Positions 52,752 through 62,658 of a stretch of DNA of 64,000 bases are shown piece after piece (the stretch's first letter is position 1; the number at the start of each line of letters is the position of its first letter). Source of the stretch: Candidatus Poribacteria bacterium (GTDB taxonomy: Bacteria; Poribacteria; WGA-4E; WGA-3G); NCBI GenBank assembly GCA_965197475.1, contig CBDANF010000003.1, positions 3,328,001 through 3,392,000 on the forward strand, in the 5' to 3' direction. The notes under the pieces were generated by a model. The model did not search any database, was not told the origin of the DNA, and was given only the letters and a program-made list of their open reading frames with translations. Made by a program: the position numbers and the translations under genes.

Positions 52752-53689
52752 GAGGGTATTGGTTAAATAATGATGCAAGAATTAGCGGGATACCCTCTGA
52801 ACCGCGCTGCATCATATTTCAGTTGCGGTAATGATAACACTTATAACGAGAGTTGTCAATGAAAAAATCAGACTGATTTTCATTGACTTATATGCCTAAA
52901 ACTTGTATCCTCATTGAAAACAACTCATTTCTACTCACAGGAGGATACCATGAAAGCGTGTCCAAGATGTCAACATATTCACTTCGTCAAAAACGGGTTC
53001 GTCAACGCAAAACAACGTTATAAATGTCCAAGTTGCCACTATCAATTCACACGCAAAACACCACGAGGTAAACCCCAGACACATAAAACCCTCGCTCTGC
53101 TCTTGGACTGCCACGGTATTTCAATGAATGCTATCTCAAAACTCTTCAACATTCATGTAACAACTGTTCTCAAATGGGGACGCTCCTATGCGAAAAAACA
53201 CGCCCCGAAACGGACATTTTCACCCGGATCCACCGTAGTTTTGGAGCTTGATGAAATGTGGCATTATATCGGAAAGAAGAAAAACAAACTTTGGATATGG
53301 AAAGCACTTGACAGGAACACAGGATACCTCATAGATTGGCAATGCGGCGGACGCAACACAGAAACCCTTGAAAAACTGACGCATCGCCTCAAAGCCTTGA
53401 ATGTCAAAATGTCCTACACCGACAAGTGGCAGGTGGACGAATCCATCCTACCTGCTTCAAAACATGTTCAAACGAAGGCGGAGACACATCGCATTGAACG
53501 CAACAATTGCTTGATGCGGCACTGGTTCGGCCGGTTCAAACGTCCGTCCATTATTGTTTCAAAAAGTGTGGAGATGGTGAACCTAACGATTGCCTTGTTC
53601 GCACGATTTCGTGTTAATGGAGACGTGTTTGACATTTTAAAACTTGGCGGAATGGAAACCATGAATATCATTAGTTAGGCAATACCCTC
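52752..53689 (+). mobile_element. IS1-family insertion sequence, copy 2
   Basis: Left IR GAGGGTATTGGTTAAATAATGAT, right IR ATCATTAGTTAGGCAATACCCTC; leader homologous to the end of copy 1. Confidence 0.88.
52950..53678 (+). CDS. IS1-family transposase
   Basis: Colinear homolog of 5952-6680; ATG after AGGAGG. Confidence 0.92.
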   Translation: MKACPRCQHIHFVKNGFVNAKQRYKCPSCHYQFTRKTPRGKPQTHKTLALLLDCHGISMNAISKLFNIHVTTVLKWGRSYAKKHAPKRTFSPGSTVVLELDEMWHYIGKKKNKLWIWKALDRNTGYLIDWQCGGRNTETLEKLTHRLKALNVKMSYTDKWQVDESILPASKHVQTKAETHRIERNNCLMRHWFGRFKRPSIIVSKSVEMVNLTIALFARFRVNGDVFDILKLGGMETMNIIS

Positions 53690-53690
53690 G

Positions 53691-55510
53691 AAAAATTTAC
53701 TGATTGTTCCCTTATTGTTAGTCTTGATTCTGTTTTCTCTAAACGTATGTGCTCAGGACTATATGAAATGGGGACTTCCTGAAAATGCTACGCTTCGTCT
53801 TGGGAAAGGGCAAATTTACGACCTAAAGCATTCACCAAATGGCGACCTGATTGCAGTAGCAAGTTCCATCGGAGTTTGGTTGTATGACGCTCATTCTGGT
53901 AAAGAAATTAGGTTGCTGCAAAAACACAGCTATCCGGTTAATTCATTGGCGTTCTCATCAAATAGCAAAATGTTAGCAAGTGGTGGTTCAGATGGTATCC
54001 ATCTGTGGGAACCTCACACTGGGCAGCATCTATTTACGCTCACAGAATCAGCGGCTAACAATTTGGTTTTTTTCCTGATGGACGAACGCTGGTAAGTACA
54101 AGTGATAAAATAATTAGGTTTTGGGATGTGGCGAACAGGACTATTTCTAAAACCCTTACAGGACATACATGGCAAATTTTGTCTCTCGCGGTTTCACCAA
54201 ATGGAAAAACTATAGTTAGTGGTTCTCATGTTAATGATGAACTGAAACAAAGTAATGGACTGCGTTGGTGGGATGTTGAAACTGGAAGAATGTTGTTTTT
54301 TTCAACAGCCATGGATTCAGCGGTTACTGCTCTAGCGTTTTCCCCTAATGGAAAAATACTAGCTTGTGCAAATAGTTTCAGCAGGTCGGAGAATCGAAAC
54401 ATCTATTTATTTGATGGTGTTAGTGGTGAAATATTAAGGACGCTGCCCGAACTGCACGGTAAAACCATAAGCTTAGAATTTTCTCCTGATGGCAAAACGC
54501 TAGCCAGTACTGGATGGGATGGTACAATCCGCCTTTGGGATCCACACACTGGGCACCATATCCATACGTTTAGAGGATACGTGGGGTGGTTATCGTTTTC
54601 GCCTGATGGTAAAACCCTTGTGAGTGGTGGAGATGGGGTAATTCGGTTTTGGGATACATCAACGAAACAACAGCGTTTTAGTGTTTCTGGTCACTGGAAT
54701 AGTATAGGTGCGTTGACGTTTTCATCCGATAGTAAAACGCTAATCAGCGGTGGTTATGAAACTCCCATAATTCATAAATGGGATGTATCTACGGGCCAAC
54801 TCATGTCTACCTTAACACTAACGTCTGCTGATGCAGAACAAATTTGGGCTTTTAATGCGAAACGCGGTTTATGTGCTAGTACAAGTAGGGAACAATCTTC
54901 CTATAAAATTTGTATCCGTGACATTGATACCGGTCAACTTCACGCTTCAATGGACTATCAGTTTCTCTTACCACTAATTTCAGAATTTTCACCATTAACA
55001 TTTTCACACAATGGAGAGACAATAATTGTTTTGAACGAACAAGAAATTGGTAGTAAAAAAGTGTTGGAATTTGAATTTTGGGATTCATGGCTTCATTCCG
55101 TTAAATTTAAGTTTATGCCACATAAAAATGAAATTTTTAAATATTCTACACATACTGACGTTACGGCTCTCACATCTTCACCAGATAACACGCTTCTCGC
55201 TACTGCTGTAGGAGGTCGGGTTGCCCTTTGGAAGTTTGGCACCGACGAACTTATTCTGTCCTATCCTGAATTTGATCGCCTTAGTTGCTACGCGTTGGCA
55301 TTTTCTAATGATAGCAAAATTCTTGCTATCGGAGACTCTCTGGATATCTGTCTAATTGAAGTGGATACCGGAAATCTTATAACAACCTTGTCTAAACATA
55401 ACAACTGGGTTAAAGCGTTGGCATTTTCCGCTGATGGCAAAATGCTTGCAAGTGGAAGTAAAGACGGCACAATTTTGATTTGGGACTTAGATAAAATTAT
55501 GAAGAATTAG
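53691..55510 (+). pseudogene. Secreted WD40-repeat protein, start clipped by IS1 and split by a frameshift
   Basis: KNLLIVPLLLVLILFS signal begins at the IS end; QDYMKWGLPENATLRLGKG; repeated FSPDGKTLAS...IRLWD; frame change at the T-run near 54067-54073. Confidence 0.8.
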
Positions 55511-55513
55511 TTT

Positions 55514-55699
55514 TTAGTTTGGACTCAGATTTTTCTTGCATCTTCTTGCGATAAGGAGAAAAATCAGTATATTTCGCCCCTGCTTTATACGCTGTTCCCG
55601 GCGTTTTTTCAAAAAATCCATCAGAGAATCCACATCACCGAACAACACGGCAAGTCGTTCCTTCGCTTGTTGACATTCTTTCAAAATTTCATCATTCAT
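55514..55699 (-). CDS. Small hypothetical protein, putative antitoxin-like partner of a PIN toxin remnant
   Basis: MNDEILKECQQAKERL. The upstream overlapping frame ends PLYVVSPKAIIEELS* (ATGA overlap), resembling PIN-toxin C-termini. Confidence 0.45.
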   Translation of the reverse strand: MNDEILKECQQAKERLAVLFGDVDSLMDFLKKRREQRIKQGRNILIFLLIARRCKKNLSPN

Positions 55700-55897
55700 G
55701 AGAGTTCCTCAATTATCGCTTTTGGAGATACGACGTAAAGTGGGAATTAACCTGTCTCACGGTAGGTTGACTGATGACTCAAACTAATATTTAGTATAAA
55801 AGGAAATGTACTCAAGAATTACATTATAGAATTTGGAGGATTCAGCCTCTGAATATCCTAGTTGTAAAATACAGTTGTTACAAGCATAGAAACCTGA

Positions 55898-56332
55898 TTA
55901 AGTGCTCCTCAGGTGTGAAGGGAAAATTTCATGGTTAGAATCCCACCATAATAGAAAAGCCTCTGTTTCCGATCGAATTGCCCAAAGGCGTTTTCTGCCA
56001 CTTATACGAAATGAAACCAATTCCTCTTGATCATCATGTTTTAGTTCTCGTAGCCGTTCTTGGGCAGGTTTTATGATGTCACTGACAGGTATCATGTGGT
56101 GACTTCTACCTAATATTTGACCCCATGTCATAGTTTCAAAGTTACGCATCTTGCCCCATATATTCCTGAGGAAATCAGGACAAGATATATTATTCCAACC
56201 CCATTGACCTTCATCGTCAATTTTTGAAACTTTCCACACAAGTTGCTTATTTTGAGTGCTCGGGGTACGAGCAGATGTGGCTTTCTTTCTTCCTTTCGGG
56301 TCACGGCCTCGACGAGGATTTTTCCTACTCAT
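55898..56332 (-). CDS. Putative RelE-like toxin partner of the Panacea antitoxin
   Basis: Overlaps the Panacea gene stop; FETMTW..I...HH.I, AQERL, LVSFRISGRKRLW, LLWWD..HEI.PS. Toxin role is inferred from context. Confidence 0.6.
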   Translation of the reverse strand: MSRKNPRRGRDPKGRKKATSARTPSTQNKQLVWKVSKIDDEGQWGWNNISCPDFLRNIWGKMRNFETMTWGQILGRSHHMIPVSDIIKPAQERLRELKHDDQEELVSFRISGRKRLWAIRSETEAFLLWWDSNHEIFPSHLRST

Positions 56333-56959
56333 CAAGATCTTCCTCAACTGGCAAGGAACTATAATAATCTGCCATCGCGTCTAATGGTATAACCTTATCT
56401 CCACGCTCCAGTGGGGGCAGACCCTCTCTTGCCAGGATCCAAGGGTCTTCAAGGTGTGTAAGTTCAATTAGCCATTGGGCGGATTTATCCCCATAGTAAT
56501 CAAGCACCGCATCAACGGTATTTGCTGTTCCTGATCTAACAAACGCGGGTTGCCAATTTCTACGGTTTCTATTTAGTATCTTCCGCGATGATAATAAAAT
56601 AAATCTCTTACAACGGGACCATTTGCCCAAGCCTCAATGTTTTCCTCAAATAAAGGTTTCTCATCCCACACCATTGACCATGCTTGACTATAATATACCA
56701 GTTTCTGAAGTTTCATGGTACTCATTATCCCTTTTTTCTCTAAAATGTACGCGGCAACATCAAAAACACGGATTTCAGGTGTCCGAAAATTATCGTCTTG
56801 AACTTTTCTCCAGGTTACATCTTTTTCTAACTCTTGAAATTTGGTGTCTAGATCAATTTCTGAATTAAAAGTTTTTATAGACGTTTTATCGTAGGATATA
56901 TCTTTTGATAAAGTATCTTCTTCTTCAGGAGTGATACTTGTATCATTCCATTTATTCAT
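56325..56959 (-). pseudogene. Panacea (DUF4065/SocA) antitoxin with a nonsense codon and a frameshift
   Basis: VFDVAAYIL, MKLQKLVYYSQAW, LF...IEAWANGPV, VLDYYG..SA.WL..LTH.E.PW; TAA at 56573-56575 and a 1-nt shift near 56525. Confidence 0.85.
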
Positions 56960-57653
56960 TCAGTTTCCCCTTTCAATTCCGAACGATAGATTTCAGAGAT
57001 AAATTTTGCTGCCTTTTCCTTCAATTCAAGTATGGAAGTTTCAGATATTTTCGTCTTGAATTGGGTTAAATCGCGAATCTCGAAATGAAAATTTAATTTA
57101 AAAGTATAACCTTCTCATTTTTGACGAAATGAAAATTTAATTTAAAAATAACCTTCTCATTTTTGACTTCAATCGTAAAATTAAGGATTCTGCCATCCAA
57201 TTCCAAATTACGTGTATATTGTTGTCCGATTAATAATGCACCAAACTTCTCAATTTTACCAAGATCTTTTGGACGAATAATACTTTCGATATCTTCACTA
57301 ATTTTGTTGTCAATGAAAACAAAATTGACACCGAATCCTGAAACAGGGGTATGTGGCAAATAACCTGTGAGTAACAATGCAATTTCTTCTATACGTCTAA
57401 AGTTTTCATCTTTGCTTTCTACTAGACTAATACTTAATTTATTACCTTGCAATTGAATTCTAATTTCTTTAGACGATACTCGTTGTGAAGCAAATTGTGG
57501 GTTAAAACCGTGGAGTAGTTCTGCCAGGATATCAACCTTTAATTTCTCTTTTTTCCCATCAAAAAGATATCTTCTAATCCAATTTGGATTAAATATATGT
57601 GCGTTCCAACCGCCTACGATAACTAACGCGCAAGAAGAATGGTCTAATTTCAT
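56956..57653 (-). pseudogene. Hypothetical protein disrupted by an imperfect tandem duplication
   Basis: VIVGGWN..IFNPNW, LPHTPVSGFGVNF, LNFHF. The natural tail EIRDLTQF...KGETE* ends in an ATGA overlap with the Panacea start but is out of frame. Confidence 0.7.
57082..57167. repeat. Tandem duplication, 44 + 42 bp
   Basis: GAAATGAAAATTTAATTTAAAA(GT)ATAACCTTCTCATTTTTGAC twice in a row. Confidence 0.9.
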
Positions 57654-58272
57654 AAGCAATACCTTTCAAGAGTTTCGCGGGAGTGTTTATACAACATCGG
57701 GCGTAGCAGATGTCTAATACGGGAATCGTATACCGATTGATTGGTCCAGAAGTGCTATCATAGTAAACCTGCAATTACATAGACACCATTGACAGCGCGC
57801 TCATAAAGCACCTGCTGGAAATGTTCACATATTTCAATTTCACTACAAGTAATAAATTACTTGTTTTAATTAACGTTAACATAATTATAACATATTTTAA
57901 CTCAAAGATCAACAACTTTTGTTGATATAGGTGAACTCGGGACCGAGAGCAAAACAAGAAATCAACTATCATTTTAATAAATAAACAGATTTTAAACAAT
58001 CATGTTGTTCCTTCTAATGACATGCTCTTCGGTTTTGTGCTATTTTTTCTATAGGTAAATAATAGCATCTTTTGCCGAAAAATGCAATATTTTTAGAAGC
58101 ACTAAGCAGCGTTGATTTGACAGCAGGTCCCCAAAATCCTCGGAATTTGTGTAATCTGCCTAATCCCATGGTTCAGACAAAAAGCAATAATAATGTTCAG
58201 ACAAATTGATTTGCAATCAAAACAAGCGTGTGCTAAAATAAATTTAATCGTAGCGTTGCATATAGAGGAGAT

Positions 58273-61200
58273 ATGATGAATTACGCAGAACTGCCACTCC
58301 CACAACGTCAGAGAGAAGAAATTCATCGGATTTTATCAGACGTATCCGATAGAGACGGAGGCGTGGACAGCGAATCTATATTGCGAGGCATACAAGAACT
58401 CGCCACAGAAGATACAGACACCCGATCCTATTTTGCAGATATCGTTATTCCGTTGTTAGAAACCTGCCTTGACTCTCCCAATCCCGAAGCAGCATTAACT
58501 AATTTTTCCCGTTTTACAGTCGTAGCATTTAATCGGAAATGGGTCTATCAACTGTTGCGGGATGCACCGTTTCTGATGCAAACGGTGATGCTCATTTTTG
58601 GTGCGTCCTCATATCTGTCAGAAATACTGATTCGTAATCCCATCTATTTTTACGACATCATTGATGCCAATGTGATGGACGCGTTGAAAACACCTGACAG
58701 CATGTATAACGAACTTTCTACGGCAATCGGCAGATATCGAGACGTTGATCAGAAGCTTCATATCATTCGGCGATATAAACAGCGCGAAAGTCTTCGTATA
58801 GCACTGCGTGACTTGCTTCATGCTGCAGATGTTGAGACAACGACATTGGAGATGACCAATTTGGCAGAAGCTGCACTGCAGCACTGCTATGAAATCGGGC
58901 GTGACCAGATGATGAAATCGAAGTTCGGTACTCCGCTCAATGAAGATGGCACAGCACCCTGTCGCTTTGCTGTTATCGGAATGGGGAAACTTGGCGGCTT
59001 TGAACTCAACTTTAGTTCTGATATTGACTTGATCTTTGTTTATTCAGACGAAGGACAAACCGATGAAGGTGTTGATAATAGCGAATACTATTCCCGGTTG
59101 TGTGAGTTTATAATTAAAGCGATGAGTGAGGTAACGGTAGAAGGATATGTGTTTCGTGTGGATATCCGTTTGCGGCCGGAAAGCAGCGCAGGGGTCATCA
59201 TCCGTTCTATGGAAAGCTACGAAAGTTATTATGAAGGGTGGGGTGATTTATGGGAACGTCAGGCATTAATTAAAGCACGTCCTGTCGCGGGGGATATGGC
59301 GTTTGGCGATGAGTTTATCCGTATGATACAGCCGTTTGTATATCAACGCTACTTAGACGGTGTAACGCTCAATGAAATTAAGGTAGATATTCACAATACT
59401 AAAATGCGTATAGAGGAACGACTCGTAGGTGAAAGGGCAGACCTTGAAAAGCATGTGAAACTCGGTCCGGGTGCTATTCGGGATATTGAGTTTACCGTCC
59501 AGTGCCTTCAGATGATTCATGGTGGAAAGCGAAAGTCACTCTGTTCCCAGAATACTTTGGAGACTATCGCGGCGTTGAAGGCTAACGAACAACTGGATGC
59601 ACAGGACGCAGACGCGCTATCGGAAGCTTATCGGTATTTAAGAAGGGTTGAAAACTGCATTCAAATTGAGGCGGACCAACAACGTTACGCAGTTCCAGTC
59701 AAAGAAGAAGAGGAAATCCAACTTGCCAGACGGTTAGGTTACCGTGCTGCTGCGCTTGAAACATTTCGCCAAGATTACCGAACCCACAAAACGCGTGTCC
59801 GTGAAATTTTTGAGAAAGTCATGAACGTCCATGAACCGGATCGGTTAGATGTACCAGTTCTGCTTAGCCAAGATAACCCCGAAGAGATTCAGATGCAATT
59901 GGGCAAGTTCGGTTTTGAGAATGCGCGCGAAGCACATCGTTTACTAAGGCAACTTGCTAACGGCACGGATGGACAGCAGTTCTCACCTGCAGTTAGACGA
60001 ACTTTTTTCAAACTCGCCCCGGTCCTTCTGAAATGTTTAAGTGAATCCCCCGATCCGGACATGGCACTTCGTTACTTTGATGCGTTTGCCGCTAAGGTCG
60101 GCGCGCGGAGCAGCTACTACACCATGTTCATGGAAAGACAAGGGGCACTTGAAGCACTCACAAGTGTTTGTGGTTCCAGCCTTTACTTGGCGGATTTACT
60201 GATTGCAAGTCCAGAACTGTTTGACCTATTGACAGTGCCGACTTTTACCGAATACCCTAAAACACTTGCCAAAAAACAAGAAGAGGTTTTACAAATTCTT
60301 GCGAATACACCTGATGCTCACTTACTGAGAGCACTCAGGCGTTACAAGAACGATGAGATTTGGCGTATTGCCTTACGAAATATCCTCGGCAACGCTGACC
60401 TGCCTACGACGACCGAAGAACTATCCGATTTAGCCGAAGCAATACTGCAAGGTATTTATCCGCAAATTGACGCGCAGCTGCGTGAAGAACACGGCACTCC
60501 GCTGATCAATGACCGAACACCTGTTACGTTCGCCATCATAGCAATGGGCAAGTTTGGCGGTCGAGAACTCAACTTCAGCTCAGATTTAGATGTCATGTAT
60601 GTCTATACAGCAGATGGCGAAACAACACAAGGTATGCCAAATTCGGAATACTTCTCAATCCTCGGTTTGGAGTTGGTAAACCAGCTTGGCGGGAATCACG
60701 ACATGAGTATTTATGAACTTGATCTACGGCTCCGTCCTTACGGCACGGGTGGCGCGATTGCATTGCCGCTCAAAGGGTATCAGAATTACTACGATCATAC
60801 CGCAGAAATTTGGGAACGTCAAGCACTCACACGCGCGCGCGTCGTAGCAGGAGATGTGGAGGGCGTAGGAAACCAATTTATGGAGATGGCTCATGCCTTT
60901 AGTTATCGGCAGCCACTTACTTCTGAAGATATTGCTGAAATTGTGCGGACACGCCAACGAAAGGAAGCACAAGCCACCCGAAAAACTAAACCAAGACGTA
61001 GACGAAGCGGAAAAGTGCAAAAACCCACTGCTAACGTGAAGTCGGGATATGGCGGACTTGTTGACATTGAATTCGCTGTGCAAACCCTTCAACTTATCCA
61101 CGGCACGGATACGACTTCTGTCCGGGTGCCAAATACGCTCCTCGCAATTGACAGATTGCACGCTATTGGTGTGCTTACAGAAGAACAGCGCACCGGATTA

Positions 61201-61425
61201 TCAGAAGCGTATCAATATCTTAGGTGCGTCGAAAACGCATTGCGGATTGTGCATGATCGCGCATTAGATGCGTTGCCTACAAACCGATCAGAATTGACAC
61301 AATTAGCACGGCGGCTTGGATACACGGAAACTGATAATACATCTATCGTAGAGGCGTTTTTGCAGGATTACGGAAAATGGACTGAAAAGACTCGTTCATT
61401 ATTCAATGAGATTCTTGTTAATTGA
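58273..61425 (+). CDS. glnE: Bifunctional glutamine synthetase adenylyltransferase/adenylyl-removing enzyme
   Basis: Two nucleotidyltransferase domains with MGK(L/F)GG.ELNFSSD.D, D.RLRP, WERQAL..AR, VK.G.G...DIEF.VQ.LQ. Confidence 0.97.
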   Translation: MMNYAELPLPQRQREEIHRILSDVSDRDGGVDSESILRGIQELATEDTDTRSYFADIVIPLLETCLDSPNPEAALTNFSRFTVVAFNRKWVYQLLRDAPFLMQTVMLIFGASSYLSEILIRNPIYFYDIIDANVMDALKTPDSMYNELSTAIGRYRDVDQKLHIIRRYKQRESLRIALRDLLHAADVETTTLEMTNLAEAALQHCYEIGRDQMMKSKFGTPLNEDGTAPCRFAVIGMGKLGGFELNFSSDIDLIFVYSDEGQTDEGVDNSEYYSRLCEFIIKAMSEVTVEGYVFRVDIRLRPESSAGVIIRSMESYESYYEGWGDLWERQALIKARPVAGDMAFGDEFIRMIQPFVYQRYLDGVTLNEIKVDIHNTKMRIEERLVGERADLEKHVKLGPGAIRDIEFTVQCLQMIHGGKRKSLCSQNTLETIAALKANEQLDAQDADALSEAYRYLRRVENCIQIEADQQRYAVPVKEEEEIQLARRLGYRAAALETFRQDYRTHKTRVREIFEKVMNVHEPDRLDVPVLLSQDNPEEIQMQLGKFGFENAREAHRLLRQLANGTDGQQFSPAVRRTFFKLAPVLLKCLSESPDPDMALRYFDAFAAKVGARSSYYTMFMERQGALEALTSVCGSSLYLADLLIASPELFDLLTVPTFTEYPKTLAKKQEEVLQILANTPDAHLLRALRRYKNDEIWRIALRNILGNADLPTTTEELSDLAEAILQGIYPQIDAQLREEHGTPLINDRTPVTFAIIAMGKFGGRELNFSSDLDVMYVYTADGETTQGMPNSEYFSILGLELVNQLGGNHDMSIYELDLRLRPYGTGGAIALPLKGYQNYYDHTAEIWERQALTRARVVAGDVEGVGNQFMEMAHAFSYRQPLTSEDIAEIVRTRQRKEAQATRKTKPRRRRSGKVQKPTANVKSGYGGLVDIEFAVQTLQLIHGTDTTSVRVPNTLLAIDRLHAIGVLTEEQRTGLSEAYQYLRCVENALRIVHDRALDALPTNRSELTQLARRLGYTETDNTSIVEAFLQDYGKWTEKTRSLFNEILVN

Positions 61426-61558
61426 TCAGAAGATTTCTAATCAAGTTAGTTGGTATAAAAAGTTATAGGTGGCAACTTGGGTTATTAAATATGCCCATTT
61501 TGTGCAGCTTTTTCTCAATATTTTGTAGAAAACCCTGTCAGTACAGTCCTTTCCAGAT

Positions 61559-61574
61559 TGGCACGGAATTTGCG
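61559..61574 (+). promoter_or_regulatory. Sigma54 (-24/-12) promoter
   Basis: TGGCACGGAATTTGCG is an exact TGGCAC-N5-TTGC match, intergenic, about 120 nt upstream of ATG 61696. Confidence 0.75.
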
Positions 61575-61695
61575 TGACGTAGCCAGGGTGTCCCAATCCT
61601 TTATTCAACGTGTAGAAGGTCTACCGAAAAGGATAGGGAACCTGATAAATAACCGATATGCTACAAAAGCATGTCACCTTAAAAGGAGCTATAAA

Positions 61696-62601
61696 ATGCG
61701 GATATTAAGATCAATCGGCATTGCAGCGGCGATGCTATGTTCTCTATTGCTAATTGGGATAAATAGCAGCGATGCTTATGAAATTGTGGAATTCCCGTCT
61801 GATACCGAAGTTCAGACGTATGGTGATTACACATACCACATGGCGCATCTAAAAACCGACGTGCCATATCTTTGGATAGAATGGTATGTTGACGATAAGC
61901 TCGTAGATATAGACCGGGGCGATGGTGTCAAAACTAAATCCTATTTCTCCCCCTACGGTAAAATACCCGGTGCCGTTCAAGGGGAAAAACATACGATAGA
62001 GGCATTTGCTGCTTTCACGTATGTGGAGGATCTGGAGAATGTGGATTGGGACAGGATATGGGACTGGGTGTATGCTTGGAGGATATTGATTTTCATGGAT
62101 TCCGATTCCTACAAGGTGAGATCCTTTGAATCCGTCCCCAGTTTTGCTAATGGCATCCTACAGACATCCTGGGAAAAACCCCGTGTCACCGGTGTCGCTG
62201 GCTACGCGTATGTCACACGCCACTATTTCAACGGAACCGCTTTCGTTATGGAGGCTTATGTCTATGCCTACAACGGCACCGAGCACGACTTCGCGGTCGC
62301 ATCCTGGTTCCGACAGCAGAAGTACACCGCAGACGGGGGCGTGGAGTGGGGAAAACGAGATCCGCCTTTTAACACACCCATTGTTTCCGTTCCGCTTCCG
62401 GCCGGACAATCGTATTCTGATTCCGCCAATTCTGGGGTGATCGAATATCCATTCGAAGGACCGATCGGACGTAATGAAACGCTTTATTTTGATGCACATA
62501 CGCACCTCCAAGTGCATGGTGTAGTACAGGGTAAGACTATCGTAGACGACTGGGAAGCGGATACAACTGTTCTGGAGTTTACGGAAGAACACAATCCATA
62601 A
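61696..62601 (+). CDS. Secreted hypothetical protein (acidic, aromatic-rich)
   Basis: AAGGAG RBS, signal peptide ending SDA, no recognised domain. Confidence 0.75.
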   Translation: MRILRSIGIAAAMLCSLLLIGINSSDAYEIVEFPSDTEVQTYGDYTYHMAHLKTDVPYLWIEWYVDDKLVDIDRGDGVKTKSYFSPYGKIPGAVQGEKHTIEAFAAFTYVEDLENVDWDRIWDWVYAWRILIFMDSDSYKVRSFESVPSFANGILQTSWEKPRVTGVAGYAYVTRHYFNGTAFVMEAYVYAYNGTEHDFAVASWFRQQKYTADGGVEWGKRDPPFNTPIVSVPLPAGQSYSDSANSGVIEYPFEGPIGRNETLYFDAHTHLQVHGVVQGKTIVDDWEADTTVLEFTEEHNP

Positions 62602-62609
62602 ATCCACTA

Positions 62610-62642
62610 TAACGGCAGGGGACACGTTCCCCTGCCATTTCT
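62610..62642 (+). repeat. 33-bp direct repeat with hairpin, copy 1
   Basis: TAACGGCAGGGGACACGTTCCCCTGCCATTTCT, identical at 63710-63742. Confidence 0.9.
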
Positions 62643-62658
62643 CACAAGGAGAATAGCC

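Noticed and set aside
5941-53689. The two inverted IS1 copies as ends of a composite transposon
   Set aside because: They are visibly diverged, 47 kb apart, enclose housekeeping genes and share no flanking duplication.
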